Source: the human T2T-CHM13v2.0 reference genome, Homo sapiens
Direction: 5' to 3' (one strand)
NCBI RefSeq assembly: GCF_009914755.1
Contig: NC_060932.1
DNA length: 64,000 nucleotides
In this document: piece after piece, positions 27,073-39,616 of the stretch
How the letters are laid out: each line of letters opens with the position of its first letter
Numbering within the stretch: position 1 is the stretch's first letter
Translations under genes and position numbers: made by a program
The notes under the pieces: generated by a model
Seen by the model: the letters and a program-made list of their open reading frames with translations, nothing else
What the model was told of the DNA's origin: nothing
The model's database searches: none

Positions 27073-27731
27073 GTAAGGAAATATATTTTAGGCTTCTCAT
27101 TTCAAATAAATTAAGTTTTACACACATTATATAACATGTTTGCTAATAAATCACTTGGGTTATTATATGAAATACATTTTCCCCTAGGCAATGTGTTAAT
27201 TTCATGATCATGGTAGACAAATGTATTTGTTTTTAAAGTACTGACTGACACATCTATGTTATCTCGTAAAAAAGACAAATGTTATTCTTTTCTTGAATTG
27301 TACATTTGAACAATGGTAAAATTGAAATCAATGCTACTTTTAATGAAATCAAATTACCGAATGGTGGTAACATCCTGAGGCAGCCCACCCTAAGCATAGG
27401 GAGTGAGATAGATGAGTCAACAAGTTTCTCACATCCTTATTTTGTAGCACACTCTATTAGCAACAGGAGGATAATGAACTGGTTCAGCAATTAGAACTGG
27501 TAGGTGCATCAATAAAAGTGTTTAGTAACTACTCCATGGTGAGCAATGCTCTCTGAAACCAGAAACTGACAGTGGGGGTTAGAGGCTAGTCATCTACCTC
27601 ACATAAATAAATGTGTAATGTCAATTGGACAGAAAAAAAGTTACAAGAAATTGTTCCTCAGCATGAGCTTTGAGAAAAACACTACCATGATCATCACTCA
27701 CGAAAAGTTACTTAGAGTGGTTTCCTTAAAA

Positions 27732-27733
<2 letters not shown>

Positions 27734-27769
<36 letters not shown>
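27734..27769. repeat. (AC)18 microsatellite
   Basis: Direct reading. Confidence 0.98.
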
Positions 27770-27771
<2 letters not shown>

Positions 27772-29619
27772 AAAAATACATATAATTGATACATTTCTTG
27801 ACTAAAAGAAAAAAGTCTTGATACCTTAGGGCCATTAGGTCTAGAATCTCCATCATTAACACTGATTCATTTTGCTTTCATGTTTAGTGCTGAAAATTCT
27901 GAGGTTGATTATTAGCTTAATCTTATTTACATCAAAGATGTTTCATGGCTCCTATGGCTTTAGAATTTAAGATATTCATTTGAAAGAAATAGGTAATATG
28001 AATTGAAATTAATAAAACGATGTTTTCAAACATCTATTTTATGTAGCACATTAGTTTAAAAATGTGTTCTTTGGATTGAATAAATACACTGAAATTCAGA
28101 AAGATGAATCCTAAATGTAACTACCAAATATTGCAGGAAATGCTATGGATCAAAGAGAAATATTTTCTTCAAAGATTTCCCAGTACTTTAAAATATCAAA
28201 AAATACAGCTAAGGCAGTTAAACATATAATATGAGAGGCCAGAATGTTATCACGTATAGGGTTCTTGCTAGTCATTATTATCTTATCCTCACATGAAACT
28301 CTAAATATCAGTAGTTCTCCGCTTTTTATAACCAACGCAGGCAAGTTGTTACACATATACCTGTGTCCAAAAAGTGTAGCTTATGAGCTTTCTTAGTAAT
28401 ATATGAAATAATGAATTTTACTAAAATTAATTGTATTTTTGTCATTTTTGCAAAAAATTTGAAAAAAAAGTTTGAAACATGTTCTAATCAAAGGGCAAAA
28501 GCTATGTTTATTTTGTTCACTTCTGTTTACTCAGATGACATGTAACAGGAACAAACTTTGTTACTTGAATTAATGTAGTGTCTATTTTGTGTCAATAGCT
28601 TTCCATTTAGAAGTAGGCACATTTTAAAGGCATCTTTTTTTTTTCAAGTAAATATTTTCATCTGAAACCTTGAATCTAGTAATACCAACAGATCAAACAG
28701 TTCCATATTTCTTTCTACTAATTGTTTCTCCAAATGCATATTACTGTAATTTGAATAGGCTTACTCTTTATAACATATTTTCATGAAAACACCGTGAAAG
28801 AATTACTGTTTCACCAATAACTTTTCTCTTTTGGGGAATTCAGAAGATCATCTCATCTTCACTGTGTAAAAATGTTGGTGTTGCCATTCTTTTCCCCTGA
28901 TATATTACTTTATTTATGCTAGATAAGAAGACTGATATATTGTATTAAAACATAATTCAAAATAATAATTTAACTAATATAGAGAGTGAAAGGTAATATT
29001 TAGTTAATTTTGGCAACATTTATTAAACAGTGATTGTAATAAATTCAACTTGTTTTGGAACTAGACATAATTAATTTGATAAGTGTATCTACCATAAAGT
29101 AACAAATTTGTATGCAACAAGGCTGTCAGAATACATGAATCTGATAGCTAGTGAGATATACCAAAGGGCTATGGTGACCCCAGATGTTTAACTAGAAAGA
29201 AGAGTGAAGTGTTTTTAACTCTATCCACTTGTGTGATCTTACATTTCTGTATTAATAAAGTGAAATCCTTGCCTTCTCCCACAGCACATCTTTTTTTCCT
29301 CATAGGTGGCTTGATGTCAAGCATAAATCATGTACGTGGATGACATGGACCATGGATTCCAACCTACATCTAAACTGGCTTCATAAAATTCAAGGAAAGT
29401 AAAAAAATAGATTTTTTTAAAATTACTGGACAAAGCAGAAAATACCTATGCACACAATTTGTGTTTATGTCATTTATCAATTAAACTTTCTAATATATTC
29501 ATGTTTAAATATCCCTTAACTTTAAGAGGAAAGTTGTTTCTTTGGTTATAAAAATCTTTAAATACAACAAAGAGACAATCTTATACATTTGGAAAATATA
29601 CACTAACTATTTATTTTCA

Positions 29620-29925
29620 AAGATAAGTAACAGTAAGCTATTTTCCAATGACATTAAACTACGCTTGAAAGGAATTATTTATAAGTACTGATTATGTAGC
29701 ATTGCAAATATTTATTCTAAAATACTAGAAGAAAAAATGGAACAGAATTTTCCACATTATGATCACAATTACGTAAAAATGTCTAAAGAAAAATGACTGG
29801 AAGGAAGTACATCGAAATACAAATCGTGGTTGTTTAGGGAAATAGCAGTATTTTTCTCTTTTTTTCTACTATTTTTTATTCTCTGTTTTCTACAATTGGC
29901 AGTATAATTTTATAAATATATACAA
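29620..29925 (+). mobile_element. L1ME 3' end remnant
   Basis: aaaaatgactggaaggaagtacatc...gtggttgtttaggg...ttttctacaat is typical of old L1ME 3'UTRs. Confidence 0.6.
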
Positions 29926-30649
29926 AACACATTTTATTAAAAGTGATTTGTATGTATTCCTTTAGTTATTTTATTTTCATTTTAAATTTCTTCTCAGTTT
30001 AACTGTTTCCTTCCATCTATTTAGATCCTTTTGCTCTGTGAGTTATCCTGTTTCTTTAATTTTTTTCTCTAGCTTCTCAGAGTGTTTTTTTTTTTTTTAG
30101 TTCTAACTTCTATCAGTTTTGTGTTTTCACTGCTCCCTTAATAACGCTAGCTTTGGCGGATATCCTCATTTTTGGTTTCTATTTCTGCACTTGATGATGG
30201 CAGAGCCAGTTTACACTCATAATCAACTTGCTGTCTCATTTTCCTGACCCTTCAGCCTTCCCTATTTCAAAAGATAGAATGTTAAGTTAATAGCAGATGA
30301 ATAGTTCATTAATGATGGGATTTATCATCTTTGAATCTACTCGCATAAACATCTTTTGCAGCAATAGAAATTTTGTTGACTGCAGCCCCGGTGGAATTCC
30401 TTTCTTTACAAATGCCTGAGAAGGTACTGGCTTTGTAGTGTTTTGAAATTAATATACATTATTTTCCCCTTCTTCCTCTTCTACTTTCTATTTCACTTAC
30501 TCTTCCTCCTTCATCTTCTCCCTTTTGTATACTGCTATCAGACCCATCATCTCACCTTTCTGCCTTCTAAAAGTTTGAAACTTGTCATGAGTGACTGAGC
30601 CCAGTACCATAGAAACTCCTTGACTGAGAAGCCAGTAAATGCTATATTC

Positions 30650-30830
30650 CTACTGTGGTCTTTAAAGCAGACAGACCCAGGCCTAATTCCCAGCTTTGTG
30701 ACATTGGGTAAATGACTCAACCTCTCTCAGCCTTGATCCTTGTTTATTTTTGAATAGGGACAATCATGTTTTTATAAGCTTCTGTGAACATCAAGCCAAA
30801 TATAGTGAGGGAAAATGCCCTGTAAACTCA
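30650..30830 (+). mobile_element. MIR fragment
   Basis: cagacagacccaggcctaattcccagc...tgtgacattgggtaaatgactcaacctctctcagcct. Confidence 0.7.
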
Positions 30831-30859
30831 AAAGTACGTCCCAGTCCTTGTCCTTTGTG

Positions 30860-31330
30860 TCTAATCCCTAACTATTCCTTTTACCCTCCTCAACACTTTC
30901 TACTTTCTTCTCTGCTAAACCTTATGTTCCACCTGTGCTGAAGGGTATGTGATTATTTGAAAATTCCATGTTCTTTTTAGTGTTAGGCCTTCCTGGAATA
31001 TCAACAATCCTCTCTCAATCTGGCAAAGTTTGCCTCATCTTTTAATTCTCAACAGTGATATTGGCATCTATAAAATCTGTGCCTTCCTGCTCTCCCAATC
31101 ACACCTCAACCCCAGTTGGGTTAGGGACTTTCTCTGTGCCTTCCCCTGACCTTTGTACCTTCTCTCTACTTCTCACACGATTCTTTACCTGCCTTCTCAG
31201 CTCACTAAGCTGTGAGGTCTTTAAAGGCAGAAGTTTTGTCCCTTCTCTCCATGTATCAAAATCTAATCAAGTATCTGGTAGGCTGCAGACACTCTGTTAA
31301 CATGGGATAAATAAATGAATGAATGAATGC
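30860..31330 (+). mobile_element. L2 3' end
   Basis: cactaagctgtgaggtctttaaaggcag...ataaataaatgaatgaatgaatg tail. Confidence 0.7.
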
Positions 31331-34300
31331 CAATAAAATTATTTGCAGCAGAAGATTATTTAATTTATCTTTGAATACTTGCATTGAATTAAAACACAGA
31401 AAAATAATTAATTAATTAATTGATCCTCCTCCACATGGGTATGATACATTTGCAATCAAGTGGCTGATTCTACAGTCAATGTGAAGAACATCACATGGTG
31501 CCTTTCTTGTCCTGAAATATTACCTCACTGGTGCCTTGTGAAGAAAGATGATGGGTTCTGTGGATGTTGTTGAGGTAGATGACACAAGGAGAGAAAAAAA
31601 AATAAGCTAAATGTTAAAAAATTAATGTGAAATGTATGTAATTCCAAAAGAGGGTAATTTAACTAGAAAACAGTAAACCTGCAGAAAGGAAGCCTAAATA
31701 ATTACCATTCACTTCCAGACAGTTCCTTGAATTGGATTCACATTGAGCTAAGGCTATCTGAATTAGAGGCAGCTGTATAATCCAAATGTTGTGCAGCATA
31801 CAGAATCAGATTGAGTGCTTGAGTGTCTGCACCCTAGGAAATTGATTTGACGACTATGTCAATTACTTCTGGCACCAAGCTTTCTGTGGGTTGCATTACA
31901 ACTGCTCTTTTGGTCAGCTGTGACTGCTTCCCCATCCACACCTATTGTTTTAGATTTATTTACTGCACCGGCAATCATAAATTATAGACTTTTTTCTATA
32001 CCATCTGGAAACTCTGGTGTCATTGTTTGGGTCACTTTTGATTACTCGCTCTTATTCTCAGCTACTGCCAAGGCTGATATATCTTGAATTATGAAAGACT
32101 TCCGCCACAAGCTGACCTATTTGTGAGCAACCTTTCAGCATCTACATATATTTATTTTATCCAACACATAGCTGGATAAAATAAAAAGTGTTTTCTCTGA
32201 CCCTTCAGGGAATTATTTCTTTGCCTGTGATACTGAATTTTTAAAGCTCACAATTTGCCTAACCATTTGCTTGTTAACCTACTGTTCGCTTCTATCATTC
32301 CCACAAGGTCTGATTTAACAAATTTATCATCCTTTTTTTATGGTGCTGAGAATGTAATTTTTCCAATATTTTCACCCAGTCTCAATTCTTATACCGAATA
32401 TTTCATTATGAATCTAAAATTAGAGTGAAAGGTTTTTTTTCCTCTTTCTTGTTTTCCTTTCTTCAAATCATCCTTAAACAATGAAGCAAAGCTTTTTATT
32501 ACTCTTTATTCTGGTGTTCAATATTCTAGCAACTGGGGCTAATTGCTATACTGTAAAACTTTCCTGACTCCAGAAAACATCTTAGCAGTGTTCTTTTTTC
32601 AACCAAATGACACTGATGCCTACCTGTATGGACAGTGTCAGCAGATTACTTTCATTTTACACAGATGGTTCACTGGCAGTCCAGATCAAATCTGAAATTG
32701 TGCTATCAAGCAGTTTTTATCCAGAGAAGCAATTTGAATATTGGAATTTTGTTGAATTTCCTAGGCCACAGCTGCTTGCATCTGACATCTGCTTCAATTT
32801 TTTGAGCAGCCAGTGACTTTTTTTCTGGCAACCTCAAGGATGAATTTTGTCAGGTTGTGTTCAAATCTATGTAATCCTCATCAAGTATCCCTCTTTAAGT
32901 AGTGTAATACTCCACATCACACTGTGTCCTAGAATCCTGGCTCTTCTCTACTCCTCTATTTATTAACATCAAATTTCACCTTAATTTTTATTAGGAGAAT
33001 CTCCATTTTCTACAACTTTTCCCCCTACAAGAAACTTCACTATCATCGGTTGAAGTCATGATCAAATTGAAGGGAGGAAAATAAAGTAGTGTTGTTAGAA
33101 TTTTCTTTAAAAAAATAAATCTCCCATGAGTCTTCAGTAGATATAAGTATTGCACTTTTACCATTCTTCAAGTATCCTGTCAGAGAGGCTGTATAGGTAT
33201 AAGGGATAGATTGTTTTCTTCCAAGGCAAAGTCCCAATGAATGTGGCCTAATTAACTTTGCAGCTTGATATATTATCCAAACTATCATTTCACATCTTTG
33301 ACAGTAGTGTCTACCAGCATAATGTCATGTCAATTCATATCAGATCACTTTGTTATGTTAGATATGCAATGCCCCAACAAGACATGATATTATCAAGGCA
33401 ACATGGTAGATATTTGAAAAAATTGTATCCTGTTTGCTGCTTCACCATCAGCCTTTCACAATGCAGAATGACACAACCAATGTGTCAAGCAGTAAATCTG
33501 AGGTTTGAAGTAGTGGGATGCTTTAGCAATTGCTTGTTTTTCAATGATTTTTTTAATCTACCTATAAAGTCCAAAGATACATAAAATGTTAGTTGTTAAC
33601 ATATTGTCATATTTCCAGACCATCTAAGTAACAAGCCTTTCAAGAAAGCAAAGAATAATATTACAAGAGCCCCTGTGATTTGCTATCTAAAAGAAGTATA
33701 AAATGCACACCATTTTCTCTTTGTTGTTAAAAGGGTGAATATTAGTCTAGTTGTGCTTTTGTTTTTAAAGAAAAATATAATAAACGATGCTGTTGGCAAG
33801 GTGTGATATTACTTAAGACATGTGCTTGCTATGTTCTCATCTGCCTTTTTCTTCCTGCCTATTACACAGCCTATTTACACAGAAGGGTGATGAAAACTTT
33901 AACTGACTGATGTTTTTTCTCGTCAAAAACTTCCAGAAAAAGAAGATTCCTTGATCTTTTTCTATATGCACTTGCAGCTCTTTTCACTGGGCTTTTTGGA
34001 GCAAGATAATCAAGGCATCTGCATTTAAGAATTTCATGTATAATAGGTCTTTAAAATATATAAAGCTAAAAAGGGAAAATGTAATACAAGGTTAGTATTA
34101 AGTGGCTTTCAATAGTAAGATTATATTTTAGATTTTCACAATCAGAAAAATGTGGCAAGCCAAGGAGATGAGCTTGTAGTTGGAGACTTCTAAATATTAA
34201 AATGGACTGTTCAAAACAGACGATATGCAGTAATTTCTACTGTTTATAAGCAATGTTGATTGCTGTCAAAGAGAAACCAATACCAAGTAAAAGAGAAAAT

Positions 34301-37300
34301 CATTTACTGAAATTGAGAAAACGCTGAAAGCAAAACTTTTTTCTTTGGCTTGTCTTATTTTGTTTTAAGCTCATCAAAATAAAAGACTGACAATATGGCA
34401 GAAACAAAACAAATAAAAACTTTGATTATTGGTGATTCACAAAGGAGCAACAGTGAATGAAAAAGTGAAGTCAGGGAGTCAGAGAGACATCAAAGAAACA
34501 CACATTATAATGCTGTTTAACCTTTTATTAAGATTGCTATTCTATGGCAATACATAAAACAGTGGATATTGGGCTCATTACATCAATACTATCTTGGCAC
34601 TTTCTGAGGTCACACCAGGCATCTTTTATTCATGTTGTCACTGGGAATGGAAGTTATGCTAATAGGGCTGGGTCAGGCACACCCAGGCATAAGGAGAGGT
34701 TAAACATAAATCCCAGGCAGCAGGCTCATCAACAATCACCTCAGTGGCAATGAGGCTGTACCAAACAAGGGCAGAAGGGCCCACTTTTAAATCTTTGTCC
34801 TCTGTCCCTCAGATGACCAAATGGCAGTCGAATCCCATGGGACCTATTCATTCACCCTCCCATTCATTCATTCATTCATTCATGTCCATTAACAAGACAC
34901 AAATGGCATAGGGGAAATAAAATTTCTCATGTCAACCTTCTCAATAAGATATGTCTGTACCATCTATGGAGTTTTACAAACCATATTTGGACCAGATTTT
35001 GTGTTCAGAGGGTTGTGAAAAGCATAAAACATTTTCATATAGTTTTTAAAAAGACATTTACTCATCTTAAAGTTTACCATTATTTTGTTATCGCTCCAGT
35101 TCTTCTTTTCAGTTCAGCAATGTCTAGCATCTCAGCTAAATAAAGCTCGAATTTTTCTGTCTATGCCCCATTCTTCATTATGTTGTTTTGTGATAAATGA
35201 CCAAGATAGCCTTCAAAAAGAGATATTTCAATGGGTTTTACAAGGATATTATTATTTTCTTTCAGAGTGCTAAGCTATTCTTAAAGGCACATAGTGTCTA
35301 TGATAAATCAATATTTTTAAATGATTTATTTTTTATAAATCATTTACATATTTTTAAATATATTTTTACAAGAAAACAAATAATTCTCCTACAAAGTAAA
35401 AGGCTACCAGAAATGACCAATTTTAAAATATAGACAAACCATAATTATATATGTCTCACTAATCACAGACAACATTAAATCACCATGTGAATTTGTTACA
35501 TGTGACTATATTTGCTGATGGTGTAAAACATGTGTCCTTTCCATTAAAAGATTCTTACACATTAAAAAGAAGTCAAACTTCTATTTTTAATTTTCAAAGT
35601 ACAAATTTGATAATTGAACACTAGAAGATATTTTAAGCAGAATAAGTGGCCCTTTAAAATATTCTGCAGACCGTTATATATAAATAATATGTGACATGAA
35701 TTTATGTTAGAGTTGATGATAATCTTCAGTGTACATTGCTCTTATCATTTACAATGAATCTAAATAAAATGTCAACAGGTATGGAATGTTCAGGGAAGCA
35801 AATATTGATAATGACAAAACCAAGCTTGTCAACAACAGTGTTAAAACCAATGTGCTTAATTAAAAAAGTGAAGTCAATTAAAATCAAAATAACAGTGCAG
35901 CATGTACAAATGCTGGAATGATCATTAGGCCTTGCTGAATAATGGAACAGTATAGAATTTTTTTAATGGAACAGCAGGGGTGATACATTACACAAAGCAA
36001 CAATCTACAACAATATGACAATTGAATTACTTCAGCCCCATTAGGCAGGTGCAGAGGAATAATTAACATGAATTTTTCCTATGAAAAGGAAAAAAAAAAA
36101 ACTTTTTTCTCTAATAACACTAAGGTTTATATCCACAATCCAATTTGTCCTAAAAATGCCAATCTATGACAGCACAAACCTATGATTTTTTTTTAAGTAA
36201 TGGTTTAATAGACAAGGGAGATTCTTGTTTATTTCCTATATAAATTTATAAATATAGAGAAAGATATAGATTAAACCTTTGTGGTATAATGCTAACCTTT
36301 TAAATGTACTTTGCCTATACGCATTGCTTTTGATTTTGGGGGCTTAAAAACAAAATAATAAAGAATTTGCAATAGTTTCTGACTGTCTATTCTAATTCAG
36401 ATATAAAAGGCATCCCATAAAGCCTTAGGCAATATTTGTTATCTCATTTCCAGCTCAAATTCAAGACAAATCGTCATCTCCAGTTTAAAGTGGAGAGAGT
36501 TTGCTCACTAAAATGCCAGTAGAAATAAAAGCAACTTTATATTTCTTCACGAAGGCTAGGGATTTAAGACTTCTTTGCTACTTTTCCTGACAAAAATATC
36601 ATCTTGTTTTAAAACAGTTGAGATTTTTAAAATCTTCCTCTTTCATTTATTTCCTATGGGAACCGTTTAAATTATATTGAGATAAATGGCTACGTATTTA
36701 AAGGACTGAAACTTTTTGTTTCTTTCCTTAGCATCAAGGAAGTAAAAAACGAAAACTCTTCATCCTGAGATGGCCCCATCAAATTAGATACATCTGAATC
36801 AGTTGATATGTGGAGGCTTTCATAGGATGGGTGGTTTAGTTTGGAAAAGGTAATTGTTTACCCTCATAAGAGGTCTTTCATCTTTAGGCTTGAAGCGCTT
36901 TACTAGTGAGGTCTCAGTAATTCCTACTTGGCTTCTAAGGAAGTTCTACTTTCCTTATTTTGAAAAAAGAGGCACTAAACTGTTCAAGACTCAATAGGTA
37001 GACAGGTTCTCCTGAAGGTCATCTGTAGAATCAGTGGAAGGAAAGAACAAATTCACCGGTCCTTCCACTGTAAAATGTTGTCAGTTAAAAGGTCGACATG
37101 ACTGTATGTCAATGGGAGGGTGGCCAGGGCTGACAATGTGAAATGAAAATCATTGCTCTGTGGTAGTCATCACTTTGCATTTCAAAATAGTCTTCCTGTA
37201 TGTTCTCCCACAGACCACTATAAGCAGTAAAATTGTTGAAGTACAAAGGATAAAACTTTTTAAAATTTTAGTTTGTCCATTCTTTAGTAGGAGAAACAAA

Positions 37301-37837
37301 GAATCTAACAGGAAATTTTCAATTCCCTGTTACTATCAATTCCCAATTATCTGAAATCTAAGGCTTGAATTGATACAATATCATGATATTTTATGCATAA
37401 GAAAGTTGTAGCTTTAATGTGAGAAATGTAATCAAGTATTTTCCCATGAGGTTTGCAATGCAGAGTATAAAATTTCTAGCTGGGCTTTTTGTGAAAATAT
37501 TTCTTTCTTTATCCCCTAGGATGCAACTCATCAAAATGTTAGAATAAAGATTTTTAGGCAACTAGAAAGCGTAGTTAACTTTCTCAATTTATGGGAGAGC
37601 CATTACATAAGAGAAATAGAATATTTTTAAGAAAGATTTTCTTTACAGATAATAGACTAACAAAAATGCAGTAGATTTAACATGTAGACAAATAGCATAT
37701 TTTAAGATTCAAAATATTAACATTCAGAATTAATTATATCTTTTAAAATATAAATGTAAGAGCAGATAAAAGAATAGATGAGTGTTTATAAGAACTCAAG
37801 CTGAGGTTTCAGAGTACATCAGGTCTTAGTAGACCTA

Positions 37838-37851
37838 TGCCTTCTGGTGGC
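37838..37851 (-). promoter_or_regulatory. CTCF-like motif
   Basis: Minus strand GCCACCAGAAGGCA, one mismatch from core CCACCAGAGGGCA; motif match only. Confidence 0.25.
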
Positions 37852-38799
37852 TTGTGGTTTGACCTGGTGGAGTCAGAAAAGACACAGAGTTCAAATGCAT
37901 TGGGTCATAAAATTGAATGTGTGAGGTCTGTAATGGAGGACATATTAATAGGAAATCACCACACTGTGGCCTTGGCTGCGGATACATTGATGGACTGAAG
38001 GAGTAGAATTCTAATGTATGTGAGTATCCTAAACAAACTTGGAAGTTTCTCTCTTAGCAGTTCCTAATGGCCTTCAAGAAGATAATGCTGATTATAGTAC
38101 ATTATGTTTGAAAGTATCAAATGGATGGAAATAGGGATGCTACCGTGACCAACAAACCTTACCGCTTTATAGAGTAAACTTGATTCAGAAACAAATAGAC
38201 ACCTTTGTAGAGATTTAACTATTGCCCACATTTTGTTCAACCACAGTTTTCTATTAAAAATCTCAATGATCAGTGAAAACTGAAATTACCCTACTTATTG
38301 CCAAAAATGAATTTATATTTTTATTTGCTCAATTTATCTTATAAATATAAAAATCTCTGATTAATATTGATTTGTTTTCATATCCTGTAATATCTTGAAA
38401 CATTTCACTATCTATATGTAAAAGAAGTGTTTACTTGACAAGAAAAAAGTTTGAAAGAAAAGGGAGTCAGAAAATATTAGGAATATTTATAAAAACTAAA
38501 CCAAACTCCAAAGGGCATTTATTTGTTGAAACTGGCATACTTTTTATTTCTTCCCCTGGAGGGGAATATAAATATGATAGTAGTAGGTCCCCATCTCTAA
38601 TTTCAGCAGCAGCTCTCCTGGATACTTCCAGAAAAACTTGGCATCAAAATGTCTGTGTCCCATACCGAGCAGGTGGTATGTGTTTTTGTTTATTTGTTTT
38701 TTGGTTTGTCTTTGTTGTTGTTTTCTTTTTTCTTTTCCTTTTTTTCTTTTGCCCTGGCATCTTCTCCAAACTAAGGCATTTAAGTCTCATAACAGATGT

Positions 38800-38985
38800 A
38801 TAGAGGAGGAAGTAACACCATACCCATTTTGCAGGTAAGAAATAAAAGGCTACATAACTTGCTAAAGGTTTATAGAACAAGTAAATGATAGAGCCGGAAT
38901 TTTAACTCAGCAAATGATAGAGCTGGGATTTCAATCCTGCACTAGGTTGTCTGACAATAGAATCTCTCCTCTTAAATCAGTATAT
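38800..38985 (-). mobile_element. MIR fragment with 29-bp internal tandem duplication
   Basis: cccattttgcaggtaagaaa...taacttgctaaagg; the unit starting aaatgatagagc occurs at 38883-38911 and 38912-38940. Confidence 0.7.
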
Positions 38986-39616
38986 AAAATGTTTCCTTCA
39001 GATAGATAAACCATCTTATTCTTCCAATAGCCCCCTGCTTAAACAAAACACTTTTAGATTTTGGTATTTGTTATGAAGAGGACTCATGATAACTTATCTC
39101 CCATAAGCACCTCATTACACCTTGGTGGATTTATGATCCACACAGTAATCACTGATGTTGTATTAGTATTGAGAATTATTCACATACACACAGTGTTTTC
39201 AATGGAAAATGATAAGATTCACAATAATACATTTCTGCTGTGAAGCAGTTTTGTGATTGATTGGCAATGATACATAGAGAAGATTCACAAACTGTCCTTC
39301 ATTAGAACTGCCTCAAAATACATAATGAATCAGAGCTTTTAGCATTCATCAACACATATATGCATGTCTGGAGAAATGATGAAGTGATTGTGCCAATGAA
39401 TTAATTGAAGGGAAACTTGGAGAAAAAACTTGTTTTAATAGAACACATAATGGAGAGCACACAACCATTGCTCAATATAATTACAGTGCTCCAGTTGTCA
39501 GAGTGGACATTGTCTTTGCTATTAAGATTTGTCTTCTGGACTAGAGTGTAAGAATTCATACCCAAGTCCTAGAGAATGAAATTCTGCAAATGAAAATACT
39601 AAAAGGAATCACACAC

